This document shows, in pieces, positions 37,391 through 52,025 of a stretch of DNA of 64,000 nt (its first letter is position 1; each line of letters starts with the position of its first letter). The notes under the pieces were generated by a model. That model made no database searches. It had not been told where the DNA came from and saw only the letters and a list, made by a program, of their open reading frames with translations. The translations under genes were made by a program, and so were the position numbers. Location: the NCBI RefSeq assembly GCF_006345805.1, contig NC_043000.1, positions 41,478,001-41,542,000 of the forward strand, in the 5' to 3' direction. The stretch is from Octopus sinensis. Lineage: Eukaryota.

Positions 37391-39059
37391 CAGCCTAGAA
37401 ATATTTTACAGATAACTACGACGGTTTGTTATTCAAGCGAAAGCTAAATGCTCATCTTTATTTAATCCCCAATGCTTTTGCCTTCAAATGCTTTAGTCTA
37501 TGATTTCAAGAATATTCATTTTCATACAGAAAAGTGATGTGCATTATTCGGTTTTCCGAAAACAATTCAATAGGATCGCATCTCAAATTATAACAGGACT
37601 TTAATGACAAAATAGGCATTCTGTGTTGGAATTTCATATTGTGGCAAATCTTACAGGAACACAAGCGCAAATCTTGCAGGAACACAACCCTTCTGTAATG
37701 TAGGGGGCTGCTGTATAACATGCACATAGATACCTATACAGACACACTCACATGCACACAGTGTATATCACTAACTCTTTCTCTCAATCAATTCTGCTTC
37801 GTTCTCTTAATCTTCCTCTTTCTATTCAATTTTGTTCATTGTATAAATTAGGCTATGAATAAAATTAAAATAAAACCTTAACTCGAGTTCCTATTGTTGG
37901 GTTAAAATGATTATGGGTTGCTTTTTAACATCCGGCTTAAAAATACGTAGGTGCCGAACCTACAAGGAAGCCTCCACGTAGTTATTCATCTTATAATAAA
38001 TCGCAGTCAAATCTCTTTCAATTTACCACAATAACCTAAAGATAAAAATAATACAGAATATTCTCAACCATAACAGTTTTGATAATTGATTTGCACGTTT
38101 AATGATTTAATACTACACCTCCTCGTGCGTGTGGGTGATTATGTGTACGGGGGATCCAAAACGCCTCTATGATTTTTGACAACTTGATACACCCTCTCTC
38201 GACTGAAATCTCCCAAAATTCCTAAATTAACCCTCTTACGTGTACCAGTTTCTGCTACTTGCAATCCCCCAATAGCTTTGTTGAAGAGCAGCATCTCGCC
38301 CACAGTTTCAAATGGATCTTGAAGAAGGCGATGAAGATAAATAGATTCCTATCGGATAAATAGATTCCTTGCTTCGCGCCATATGCATTTTGAACGATAT
38401 ATATCACTTTCATTTGAGTTCCTCTGACTTCATAGTATACTGAAAATCAGAAACAAAAAAAAATTGAAACTTTATTATTGTCCTTCTCATAGAATGTGAA
38501 AACAATTAGTGGTCCACTTCACATGGAAACTAAAGTATTTAGTGATGCACTTACCACAGAAAATTCATCAATAACTCCTTATGTATTAAAAATTAAACTA
38601 CATCGAAATTAAAAGTGTAAAAAACATAGAAAGTGTTTGCCTATCATATTTAACTAATCATATTTATTATATAATAAAATATATTATGAAAAAGACGTTT
38701 TCTACGATGCTCGAGTAATTAGTAAGAATTTTCTAAATCCTAAACGATGATCCTTAAAAATCTGCTGATCACAGTTCGAGAGCCTCAACTCTACTATGAT
38801 GCAAATGTCAAATAATTTCAATGTTCAAGTAAAACCTGAGTGAGATTAGGAAGCAAAACATCAGGGTTTGGTAGTTATAACAATCAACACGCTCCGTATT
38901 TGTATGCGATGAGGCATGTGTATAGATATATAAATTTCTGTGCACATATGTTCTTGTATATGGGTATCAATGAAGTCTCCTTATGACTCCTTTTCTATGA
39001 TGTCTTCATCCGTTGCAGACTAAACATGTAAACATGTTGTTACATAGAAAGTTTTAAGA

Positions 39060-39270
39060 TATTATTTTGTGTACACGCTTCATTTTTCTGGTGGTGGCGA
39101 CTGCAATTCTCTTTCGTTATTTCAATTCCACTCTGGCAGTGAGCCCACGAAATGGAACAATGGGTAGCGAAGTCTTCAACTCTTGAAGGGTTGATGCTGT
39201 TCCTTTTAAACATGACCTTCAACTGGTCTTTCAATCGCTTCTTTGGACGCCGTTGACCAATGTAAAAATG
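39060..39270 (-). mobile_element. RTE LINE C-terminal relic
   Basis: GQRRPKKRLKDQLK..W resembles the RTE GRPxKRxKD motif. Confidence 0.6.
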
Positions 39271-39337
39271 GGTGCAGAAAATACGGATCAAACAAGCATA
39301 CAACAACAAGCGAGTTTTCTAGATATGCACACACACA

Positions 39338-39387
<50 letters not shown>

Positions 39388-39593
39388 CACACATACACAC
39401 AAACACACAATCTAATACAGTCTACACACAAATATACATAATTACAATATATAATGGCCTGTTGAGCGTACATATCGTCACATAGAGACGTGCAAACGCG
39501 TGTATATATAAACATGTAGTAATCAAATACAAATTTACGCACAGGGTGATGTATATATATATGCATAAAGATATACATTCGGGTATATCAGTA

Positions 39594-39640
<47 letters not shown>

Positions 39641-40319
39641 GTAAACACATACAGAAAATATACATATACACAAACATACATATTACATACATATGCAATA
39701 CATATTTACATACTACATGCCTATCTCGTTGATATTGTCTAAATTCCAATAAAGAGTTTGCATCTCAGTTTGGAAACCAGGTCTTTCTAAACCGGCAGAA
39801 AAAATGAGTAATTAAACCATGTAGGCATTCATGTATACATAAGCATATACCTGCATGTTTGTTGAAAGTTTACGTGTTATCTGTCGTCTAAGGTATAAGT
39901 AAATAATTTGATCGCCTCCTGCTTTCTGTGCTAAATAAATGAATTTTCAAAATAGGTTGCATTAACTAAAGCTGTGAAATTTAACCAGGAAGATAGTCAG
40001 GAAAAAATATGGCGTTTTTAATCTACTTCACATATAAAAAAAATGGTGTTTTTAATCTATTTCATATTCACTACTATGTTTTAAAGTCTTGTCAGTCAGA
40101 CGATCAAAGAGTTTGATGGAACTCTGTTACTGGGCTGTTTGTCGGATTTAATCTGGCACTGAAGACCAGTACTAGTCTGATGTACATTCTGGAGTTTTTA
40201 TTTACTGTCTTTTTAGTTAGCCATAAAAATATTTAATGCAGAGACCATTAAAAATAATATAACTGAAAATAAATATCCAATGAGGTAAAATCAATGGTAA
40301 TTAACAGCTACTAATAATA

Positions 40320-41160
40320 AATTTTTCAAATTTTAGCACAAGGTCAGCAATTTTAAGGGTGTTTTCAGCCCCGAAAGGATGATAAGCAAAACCGACCTCT
40401 ACTGAATCAGAACGTAAAGAGCCGGAAGAAATTCCACAAAGCATTTCGCCCCATGCGCTGCCTTGTTTTAAATTTTGACTTTAGTCAGAACGCAAATAGT
40501 CCGAAAAATATCGCTAAGAATTTTGTCCAACGCTCTTACTATTTTGCCATCTCGCTGTCTTAATAATAATGTTTTTTTCTTACTATAGGCACAAGGCCTG
40601 AAATTTTTTAGGGCAGGGGACTAGCTGATTACATCGACCCAAGTGAACAACAGTTACTTATTTCATCGACCCCACCCAAAAGATCAAATTTAAAGTTAAC
40701 CTCAGCGGAATTTGAATCCACAGTGTTAAGACGGACAAAATGTCACTAAGCATAATAATAATTCTTTTTAATTCTTGGCATAGGACAAGCAAGATTTAGT
40801 GGAGAAGTAAGTCAACAGCGTCTACCCCAATACGTGACTGGTATCTAGTTTATCGTGCTCGAAAGGATGAAAGGCACAATCGATCTCGGGGTCTAACCAA
40901 ATGCAGTGAAAAATATTTTTCCCAACGCTCTAAACATTCTTCCAGCTAGCCACCTTTATACTGTCTAATAAAAATATTGGTTTCAAATTTTGGCATAAGG
41001 CACAGCAATTTCGGGGGATGGGTAAGTCGATTACATAAACCTCCGTGCTCCACTGTTAATCTATTTTATCGACCCCGAAAAGGATGAAAATTAAAGTCGG
41101 CCTCGGTGGAATTTCAACTCAGAACGTTAAGACGGATGAAATGACGCTACCAGTTCGCCG
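40320..41160 (-). mobile_element. Cluster of 4-5 degenerate same-strand SINE A copies
   Basis: Repeated GCACAAGG / CGAAAGGATGA / AGAACG modules separated by AAT-rich linkers. Confidence 0.7.
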
Positions 41161-41856
41161 TGTATGGCAGCACATTAGACATGCTCACCTTTTTAATTTT
41201 TTAAATTTACGACTTCATAGTCCTATGCATACTTCCTTTATTCAATATGGTAGAGTGACAATTGAGGGAGACTGAGCAGTTATTTCTAGTAATCTGCTAC
41301 AGTAAACAAAGTATTCGAATTTTCTAATTTAGATATTCGTACTTACTTCCATTAAAGCCCGCCTTTTTTTCCCTCTCTTTTCATTTCTAACTAAAATTAT
41401 ACATTTCTATTTTATCCGGTTTAGAAACATGTGCGCACTAGCTTACATACGTATATAAATCTGTCAGAGATCCTCTAAGCGGTCGTACTGCGAACAAGAA
41501 GTAAAAACCGGCCACGCCCTAAAGTTTTAAAACAGGACACTTTGGATAACGTGGCCCCAGATACATGAAACCCTGAAAAATAAAGTAAAAGCAAAATAAA
41601 CGTAGATAGCTCACTGATAAGAATTCCGGTAATTCGATCAGCAGAATTAGTAAATCATTCAATTATTTAGATTATTGACTTCGTATTCCAAAGACAAGAC
41701 TAAGCTTCGCTTGTCTGCCTGTCTCTCTCTCTCTCCTTTCTCCCAGAGACACAGAAAATACATACCTACATACATATATACGTGCATACATATATATATA
41801 TATACACACGCATATATTTACTCACACACACATATATGCATACATACACACACACA

Positions 41857-41902
<46 letters not shown>

Positions 41903-41924
41903 GGGATAGAAAGATAGACAGGCC

Positions 41925-41961
<37 letters not shown>

Positions 41962-42368
41962 AGGCGAATTGGCAGTCGTTAGAATGTCAAATAAAACGCT
42001 TTGGTTCCGATTTCTTGCGCTGAATACAAATCCGCCAAATTTAACTTAGCTTTCCTCATTCCAAGGTCAGTAAATATGACACAATTCCTATACAGTCGAT
42101 GAGCCGTCCCTCCCTCTCTTTTTCTATCTACCCTCTTTCTCTCCCTAGTTTCCCCTCTCTTTCTCTCTCTTTCGCTCTCTCATTCTTGGAAAGCTCCATG
42201 CTGCGTTGATAGAAGGTCCATGTTGAAGAAGGGGGGGGGCACTTTCGAAAGAAAGATCTAGTGAGGCGTCATCAAAATTTACAAACAGGACCGTTGCATG
42301 GTCGAACAAATGTTTACTATATCGCAGAAACATAGGGAAAAGAATATATGTGTGTGTGTGTGTGTTTA

Positions 42369-42620
42369 CTTTATTAAAAAGCAGCAAAAATATCAAAATA
42401 AACTGTTACTCAGAGTTTTACGCTCCCGTTCGTCGGACAGTTTTGTTTAGAATTCTAATTTATAATTCTATACAAAACTGTCAAACGGACGGGAACGTGA
42501 AGCTCTGAGTAACAGTTTTTGCGATATTTTTGCTGCTTTTTAATAAAGCAATATTACTCTACCTCTGATATTCGAGTACTATCTTTTCCACCTTGTTTCG
42601 CACTTATGTGTTTACTATGG
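42369..42620. mobile_element. PLE-like inverted pair with two degenerate CCGANGA hammerheads (42400-42444 -, 42474-42519 +)
   Basis: Consensus with the 7258 copy: AAAACTGT CCGACGA ACG-GGAA-CGT GAAA CTCTGAG TA ACAGTTTT. Confidence 0.8.
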
Positions 42621-42697
42621 CATATATATATATATAATATATATATATATTATATATATATTATATAATATATATATATATATATACTGAGAGAGAG

Positions 42698-42729
<32 letters not shown>

Positions 42730-43444
42730 CAAGCAGACAGACAGACAGACAGACAGACAGGTAGACAGATATGCCTACACTTGTGTACTTTACGTAATAC
42801 TCAGGAATAACTCGGGCGACATTATACATACTCACACTCACACGCACACACCTGCATATAGATAGACAGAGAGGTAGATAGATAAATAGAGAGTGAGATA
42901 ATATCTGTGTGTATGTGAGAGCGAGAGAGAGAGAGAGAGTGTGTGCTGTGTTTGTGTGTTGTGTGTGTTGTGTGTGTGTGTGAGAGAGAGAAAGAGAGAG
43001 AGGAGAGAGAGAGAGCGGAGTAATCATACATGAGTTGAGCAATTTTGAATTTGTTTCACTTGACTTTTCTTTGTGGAAATATTAAGAAGAGTTTTAAACA
43101 GATTTATTCTTGGAACTGTTTTATTCTAACAAGTCCACCATCATTAGGTCTATAAGCCGTAATGTTATTCTGAAATCCCGCAAATACCGATTTAGAGTTG
43201 ATTTTCACTTAGTCTCTAACGCAAAATAGTCATCTCAACCTACAAGTCACCTATAGAACAAGGCTAAATAAATCGTAGATTTCTTTCTATGTCCTCCTCC
43301 CCTATCATATACAATACAGATAATTATTGAATATTTTAGAAAATTATCAAAAAAACAATGATATATATTTTTAATGGTCGTCATAGAATAGATGCAGAAG
43401 GCTTCTGAATTTTCTTTACACAAGAAGCTTATAATGGCTCGAAA

Positions 43445-43485
<41 letters not shown>

Positions 43486-43928
43486 TATAATATATATATT
43501 AATATATATATATATATAAGCCCTGTACAAGACCTAGGAAGTTTTGGCCTTCGACCAGGCCTTTCGTAGTACCCTTAAAGCCAGGAACTTTTCAGGGCCT
43601 CCTCGTATATACAATCTTGGTCCGGAATCGAATCCATGAGCTTGAACAAGTTACTTTATTTCACTTTGTTCTAGCCTAGAGTACTTAGCTGTAAATGAAT
43701 CCAACTTACTACTGGAGCAGCTTTCTATATTTCACTGTCTCTTTTTATATTTGTCGATGATCCGGTGAATCAAAAGTACCGTGACCGAGAGGGTGTCTGG
43801 AACTTTTTGTGACTACACCTAAACCTAAAACAACAAGCGAAAGCGTGGTACAAGCTGACAGAACATTCTCGCTCGCAAGTGACGGCTAAACAACACGCAT
43901 ACAAACACAAGCAACACACACACACACA

Positions 43929-43966
<38 letters not shown>

Positions 43967-45323
43967 ACACACATGAAGTGGCTGGGTATTCCGCAGTTAA
44001 CTCTACCTTTGATGTAATCTCTTCAATCAAATCGGTGGAATTAAAGTGTGTTGCAGGATTTGACCTTTCAATTATACATAGAATCCATTTGACGAGCTAT
44101 CGCAGCGCTTTTCGTGCTTGCAAAATAATCTTCTAAACTGTTTTGGAATCGACCCGAAACTAAACCAGAAGAGACTCGGCCAAGCTGACCAGCATTTGAA
44201 TCGAACTCGCGGCTTCGTGATTTTGAAGTTTTATTTCTTACGCATGTATTTATCCATAACGACAACAGCAATAATACATTCACTCACAACACAATTAGAA
44301 CGCATGAAATACATTGATACAAAGTTTTGGGGCTTCTAATTTCATTGAAAAGCGACTAATATAAATAACTATGACAACAAAGCGATAACGACAATGAACA
44401 CGATGACGATGACGATGACACTGTAGACAGCACAGACATACATCCGCATACAACACACACACAACACACACATATATATATACCCACACTCATGTACATA
44501 CACGCAATCAGATACATACAGCAAATGAACATGTCTTGTGACAGCTACTGAATAGCCGAGTGAAGAATTTAGTTGGAGTTGGATGTTGTTTAACCTAAGT
44601 CCAACCTTCATAAAGCAGTCCTATGATCAAAAGCATTCCGACCGTGACTCTCACATATATTTCCTACGAGCGGGAAACAACTACATTATCAAAATACATG
44701 TCCTGTTTTATGACAACTGGGTGTGGTTTTGATTGTTATTTATCGCAAAAGCGATAGCCACATACAGGTTCGGTCGCTAGTTCGAAATTGTGTAATTCAT
44801 ATGTCGTGGTAAAGATTTCAGAGATGTATTTAGTTGCTATTTCTAGCTGGTCGAGTGGTGATAAAGAAGCTTCTTCGATGGCTGGTTATATTGTATTTAG
44901 CCCTTACTCAGCACACCTTATAACCAAAGACATTCTAGCAATGACCATCCTGTCGTTTTATTCATATGCCAGGTCCCAATATCTCATTACTGAAAGTACT
45001 TTTTTAAAGATGCTGGTGTAGGATTTGAGGGAGATTTGACTGTTATTTCTAGTAAATCGAGTAACCTGGTAGAAGCTCCCTCGCTGACTGGTATTACCCC
45101 AAGGTAAAAGAAAACAAGCGGACAGGAGTGGGAGAGTAATATTGTGTGAGAGTGTGTCTGTGTGACACTAGTCACATGTACAATAGGTTACCTTTCTCTC
45201 TATAGATGAGCGTGTTAACCTAGCAGGCAACTTGCCACCCATCAAACATGCATAAGCATGCGCACTTATACATACATACATACATACATCATACATACAT
45301 ACATACATACATACATACATACA

Positions 45324-45354
<31 letters not shown>

Positions 45355-45359
45355 GTATA

Positions 45360-45696
45360 AAAAATATATATAAAAATACAAAATGGGACAAGAACGCAAA
45401 ACACTCAAATAGACGACACAAAAAACGGACGGGTCATTCGAAGCCTCTAATCTTCAGTCAAGAACCGGATCATCCTCGCAATTTCGGCTGATTAATCTTG
45501 AGATCGCTCCAATCCGGCCAGCCCCAAGGAAAAACTAAGCTACGAGCATTAGATTTCTTGCAAAAAGGATCGAATGTATACGAAACAAGGACAGAAAAAC
45601 GGACGATGCCACACGAATATAAATACAAAAAACAATAATAGTAATAACAGGACAAAAACAGCGGGTGTCTTACGACTTTAGACAGTTCAGCTTAGC

Positions 45697-45700
<4 letters not shown>
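45360..45700 (-). mobile_element. Repeat family P1 within (CATA)n
   Basis: Matches 6950-7077 and the reverse complement of 8060-8360. Confidence 0.8.
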
Positions 45701-45727
<27 letters not shown>

Positions 45728-46210
45728 CATACATACATACATACATACATACATACATACATACATGCATGCATGCATTAATAAACAAAGACACATTGCG
45801 CAATGTATTCTCTGGGTATACAAAAAGATGGGATGGTCACAACTGGAACGCACTAATCAAGGCTGCGTACTAGAGACTAATTAACAAAAATAACATGAAC
45901 CTTTCTAATGTCTTATCGTCTCTTTCCTTTCATTTTAAAACTCTATCTTGTTATATGCCTACCTGTTTGTTCCTAGGTGTTTGTTCTTCGCTTCACATCA
46001 ATCTGTCAATCACGCACACACACACACATGCAGACTAGCGTTTCACCCCTACAGTGATCTTCAGGTGTAATCCATATGTATATATATATATATCTATATA
46101 TATATATCTATATATATATATATATATATATATGAGTGTGTGATTATTTGGATAATCCTCTTCATTTGAAGGATGTTAGAATAAAGATGACTCCATATTA
46201 GTGTATATTG

Positions 46211-46245
<35 letters not shown>

Positions 46246-47648
46246 TGAAGTCCGTGTTGTAAATGCAGAGTTGGTATGTATGTATGTATGTATGTATGTA
46301 TGTATGTATGTATGTATGTATGTATGTATGTATGTATGTATGTATGTATGTATGTATGCATGTATGTATGTATGTATGCATGTATGCATGTATGTATGTG
46401 CATGTATATAGAATTTATGACCATTTTCTAATTGCCGTCCAACTGAAATTAAATAACCTTTCTTTCTCTCTTTGCAGTTCATAACGAAAAATTGAATTGA
46501 AAACTCGCTGTCATTCCGTTGATGGAAAGTTTCTCTACAGAACCAATTTGTCGTGTCAGCATGTGAAATTGCCAAAAAAAAAAAAAAAGAAGAAGAATAA
46601 AATCTAGAATCTGAATTCCAAAGCAAAAGAAAATATATTTACTAATGTTTAAAAACTAAGAAAAGAAATATAAAAACTAAATTAATTAGAAGTTTATTTT
46701 CTTGGTAAAGATTATAGTAGTTTATTTTCTTTAAAATGAACTATATAAAATATATCTGTTGAACATTTTATACGTATATCGTATCGCCTTCTGAGAAAGG
46801 GTCAGTTCCGAAACGTGAAATTTCTCTTCTTCCAACAGCACACGAACTTATCCAAACACATGACTGTCGCTGAAACATATTTTGCCGATCGGTTTCACGG
46901 AATTCTTGTTTTTAACGCATAAGAAAATATATTGCAAATAAAAATCATAAGGAATTCTAACATATGCTCGAAAACATGGTCATACACACATTTCAAAAAT
47001 GGCATAATTTATATTAACTTCATCTGTTAGGATTGGAGGTAAAGATGAATAATTGCCCGCGAAATTTTGAATGCAGAACATAAACTGACAATAGTAAATA
47101 TTGTTAAATCATCCATTGCTCATCTAATACAGTTTGCTAATCCACTGACATTCGTCATCTACTACTTGTGAATAGATTTCTTATGGCCAATTCACAAGGC
47201 TAAGATGTATAGAATAAACTGTACCCTCAACTAGAATGAAATCTTGAGACTTTTATTTTTGGAGGGTGGGAACGGGTGGAGAATTAATAAATAAAAATGT
47301 CATCCCAGTTTAGTTTGGATGTAGAACAGAGAGTGACAAATTTATATACAACCATACATGAAGTTCAGTGCTTTATCTCAACATTTTTGTACAAACTATT
47401 TTCTTCCATATAATATAATATATTTTTTAAGAATACGCAAACGCACAGACACTGTTCTTCATACGTAACAAGTGTATATGGGTGTGCGCCAATTTATATT
47501 AAATAAACAGACAGTCGAACATATGTATTTATAAATACATCAATCATTCTTTCTACACACACATATATATACACATATATATTTTGTATATACGTACATA
47601 CATCATTAACTATATATTTTTTAAATACCTTTTGATTTAATATCAAAG

Positions 47649-48680
47649 TACGAGGGGTGCTGAAAAGTTCCTGGTGTTGGGTAAAAGTAAATAAAAGGAG
47701 TGTCAATTAATTATGATTTTATTTAACATATTCCCCTCTCAGATTCACACACTTATTGCAACAGTCCTTCAGTTTTTGTCTAAGCCCTCTAAAAAAATAA
47801 CTCGGAAGGTGGTCTTCCAACCAGGCCTCTGTAGCAGCGATCACTTCCGAATCGGAGTGAAATATTCGTTCCCTTGAGATGTTTCTTCGGTCGCGGAAAG
47901 AGGTGATAATTAGAGGGGGCCAAATCAGGAGAGTAAGGTCTGCCAATTCGAAATCTAAGTCGCGTATTTTCCGTAGAGTTTCCTGTACTCTGTATGTTGG
48001 TGCATTGTCCTGAAAAAACAGGATACCACAGCTCAGCCTTTCACAGCGTTTCTGCTTCAAAGCTTCACACAGTTCATCCAATAGAGACATGCAGTTTTCT
48101 GCGTTGATGGTGCGACTCTTTAGCAGGTATTTTATGAGTAATCCGCGTTTTTCCCAGAACACTGAAGCTAGAATCTTTCCAACTGACTTCTGGGTCCATA
48201 ACTTCTTGGGACACGGTGAATCGCTGTGGCGTCACTCCACTGATTGCTGCTTGGTCTGGGGATCATAATGATGAAGCTAAATTTCATCCATGGTAACTGA
48301 ACGAGCCATAAAATCACCCTCTGCCGCAGCAAACCGGTGTCCAAAATCGCCTTTGATGTCATCATTCTGATGCGCTTCTGATCTGCGTTCGAGCAGCTAT
48401 GCCTTTAGCGGAAATCCGACGGTCCTCGAGAATCATGACGTGCATATCGTCGGTTTTGTCCTCTGTGGTCGCGGAAGTTGGCTGTCCTGACCGGGGTTCA
48501 TCTGTGACCTCAACATGACCAGCCTGAAACCTTAACAGACAGATATTTATTGAAGATTAAAATAGGCAGCTATCCTTCAAGATTTCCTTCATCTCGCTAT
48601 AGATTTCCACCACTCCTTTGCTTCGCAAAAAGAGGAACTTCATGACAGCTCGTGGTTCAGTTTTACCAAAATCTACTGTA
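47649..48680 (-). mobile_element. Mariner transposon relic
   Basis: End TA-CGAGGGGTGCTGAAAAGTTC. Translation FWEKRGLL..TINAE..LFFQDNAP..KCVNLRGEYVK. Confidence 0.9.
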
Positions 48681-50160
48681 GGAGCTGCTTTCATGTGTTA
48701 AATTAGCAAAAAAAAAAGGGAAAGATATATTGTATAACTTCATGATTTTTTGCCTATCTTCTCCAAAATAGTTCTCCCACCTAGCCTGCAAAAGGTAACA
48801 ATTCCACCCTCTCACGATAGCCTTAAAGCCAGGAACGTTTCTGCACCCCTTGCATTGAAAGTGAACGTGATCAATGAACAACGATTGAAATGTAAATGAA
48901 CAATAACTGAACAGCAATACCATAAATGAACAATAAAATTTGATCGCACCTTTAACAACAACAAGACAATGTTAACAGTCTACACAACTGAATCAACATT
49001 TGCAAAACCAAAAGGTGCGAAGAGTAAGAGAAAGAATACCACAAAGGAGAATGTGATGATAACGATGTCGAAAATTTTTATTGTTTCTTCTAGTTCTTCC
49101 TCACATCTTTATTTTTTTATCAGTATGAAGAAAGAAAAAACTGTTTTAAAACTTGTAAAATAAATTTTAAAAAAATTATGTGCCTTAACCAGCAAGAGTC
49201 CTTTGCTTTATTCTGGTGTCTCTTGTCACCGATTCTTCCATCCACTTGTGATCTTGTGTAAGATCTGTGTCATGCACGTGTGTATGAGTACTTCCAGAGA
49301 GGGTTGAGGGCTGGTCGATCGTCCGGCATAACAGAGTGCACAGTGACTCAAGACTCCGAAATCTTAGAAACACCAGGTGAACCGTTCAATGCAACGGCTG
49401 GAGTACGGCACGCATTAGCACCCTCTGTTGCTGATGTGCTCCAATATGCTGCGGCCAGGGCCAGTGTCTAAGAGGTGACGTTTTGATTTAGTATATGTAC
49501 GAACGTATATGCAAATATAGGTACTTACATAATATGTTTATATATATATATATATATATATATACAAACATAGATGCATATACACAAATATACATATACG
49601 TGTGTTCATGTTTACTAAATGTAGTGTATATGCATGTAAATATATGCATAAGTATGCGTGCGTGTGCTGGAACGCAAACGTCCCGAATTTTGAAAAAATA
49701 AATAAACATAATAAATCAAGAAGTACTATGTTTTATCTAATTTTTATATATAATCCACATTGTAAATATTATCATATAATTAAAGATAAAACAACGAACT
49801 TTAACTTTTTTTTATAATTATATACACCATGGTGACAAAATTCTTGTAGATTTTTATATTTTTCTACAATATTTTTTTTTGTTAATATAAAGCATTAGCT
49901 CTTTCATATTATAAACTTTTTCCTATACTTTTTCTTTTACATGTTAAGCTTAAACGGAAATATGGTTCTCAATGTTTGGTTCCTTAGTATAAAACATACT
50001 AAAGAACAATAATAAGCAAAAATATCGTACTTTACATATACTTCCAATTGCTTTAAACATCGTATGCCTATTAATGAGCTTAACCTCTCTCTCTCTCTCA
50101 CACACACACACAATATATATATATATATACATATATACGCATATATGCACACACAGAAGT

Positions 50161-50222
<62 letters not shown>

Positions 50223-50224
50223 TT

Positions 50225-50430
50225 GCGTGTCTGTGTTTGGCCCTCCACCATCGCTTGACAACCGATGTTGGTGTGTTTACATCCTCGTAACTTAGCGATT
50301 CAGCAAAAGAGATCGATAGAATAAGTTTAGGCTTACAAAGAATAAGTCCTGGGATCGATTTGTTCGACTAAAGGCGGTGCTCCAACATGGCCGCAATCAA
50401 CTGACTGAAACAAAGAATAAAAGAATAATA
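50225..50430 (+). mobile_element. SINE family B, 3' half
   Basis: CGCTTGACAACCGATGTTGG..GGCGGTGCTCCAACATGGCCGC. A similar half lies at 27300-27490. Confidence 0.8.
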
Positions 50431-50497
50431 TAATATACATATATATATATATATATCTATATATATATATATTATATATATACATATATATATATAT

Positions 50498-50572
<75 letters not shown>

Positions 50573-50576
<4 letters not shown>

Positions 50577-51060
50577 TTGTTGCCTTAAAAAACGTATAGA
50601 CTCATTGAATGATTACAAAGGCAGGGACTTTGGACATACATTTAATTTTTAAAATTTAGTTGAATTACAAACAGAAATTTCAAACTGGTCGCTGTTCTGG
50701 GCCAGGTGCTGCTGGCAACTTGAAGCAAAGGAATCTTAAACATCATGAAAGAATCATTCGGTACTTGTGAGCATTCTCGCTCAATGGTTGTCTTCAATTC
50801 GACGAGTATTGCTGGTCTTGAAACCGTAAACTTCGTCTTTTAAGTATCCAAATTGTAAAAAAGTGTTGAGAGGTCCGGATAAGACAGAGAGTTCGTTTGA
50901 TCTACCTCTTCGTTCAATCCACCTCTTTTGGCAAAATCTCAATAAGATAGGCTCTTACATTACTCTGGTTGTGTGGGACAGCCCCACCTACTGGAAATAA
51001 AACTCCACACCTTCAAGCTCCTTTTGAATACTTGGCATGAAAAATTGTTGTTGCAAATTC
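50573..51060 (-). mobile_element. Tc1/mariner-type transposase relic
   Basis: Minus-strand PDLS..GYLKDEVY..ELKTTIEREC, ending at (TA)n. Confidence 0.7.
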
Positions 51061-52025
51061 AAGCATATAGGACCGTAATTAATCGTTTTAATGACAAGAC
51101 ACACAATATTGTAACCATTGGGAACAGTATGAGGGTCAACATGATGTTATACCGTAATATGCAGATTCTCTGGGCACCAGTAAGTACAATTGTGACCATG
51201 GGTTCGGAAGCAGAGGGTGAAAGTGCACCCACTAAAATTATCGTGGGGTGCAAAATCAAAATTTGCACACTTATTTATTTTTCTCAGTTTTAAAAACAAG
51301 TAAAATGTGATCTGTAAAATGTAGTTTGAAGTCTGGATTCTTCTCAAAGAACAAAGAACGAAAATTAAATAAAGAAAACAATAAGACAATGCTTGTAAAA
51401 GCTTTTGGATTTGTGTTTACACTCTCTAAGGCAAATTTCATTCCCGACCCAGTGATTGTGACCGTAATTGAGTAATTTAATCTAAATTACTCTAAGAATT
51501 CTTTTTTTGGAACGTGTTCATCTACACATTTTGCAAAGTACCACTCGCAAAACTCAACTCCTCAATCCGGATCATCTTCATTCAGAGCACGTATGTATGT
51601 ATGTATGTATGCATGTATGTATGTATGAATGTATGTGTGTATGTATGTATGTATGTATGTAACTTTTCTTGATTTTGAAATTCCTTTCTTACGACTCGCA
51701 ATAAGTTTCTTGCATAGTTTCTTGCTTTATGGAGGCTCATCGATGCCCATTGGTCTTCCAGAACGCTTCTTGTGAATTTTCTGAACAGTTCCATTTACTT
51801 TAAAATTATCTCTATTTCAAGTGATGACAAGTTGCGTAAATGAATCGGCTAGAAATCCCCTCCTCAACTACCTTGCACTTCAGCTTCTTCAAAAGATTGT
51901 TTCATTCAAAATTGAGTTATCAGTTGTTAAACTGTGAAAATATTAATAGGAACACTCTATACACGCACACATACATGCACATAGATATAAGTATGTATGT
52001 ATACATTTATGCATGTATGAATATA

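Noticed and set aside
38990-46820. Additional HHR-like remnants at 38993-39032 (+), 46030-46068 (-) and 46787-46820 (+), also 63820-63858 (-)
   Set aside because: Core lesions or unpaired stem I. Plausible old copies, but not supportable individually.
49185-49480. Coding-looking segment (also 51660-51900 and 420-690)
   Set aside because: No recognisable motif or convincing splice context. Probably old TE remnants.
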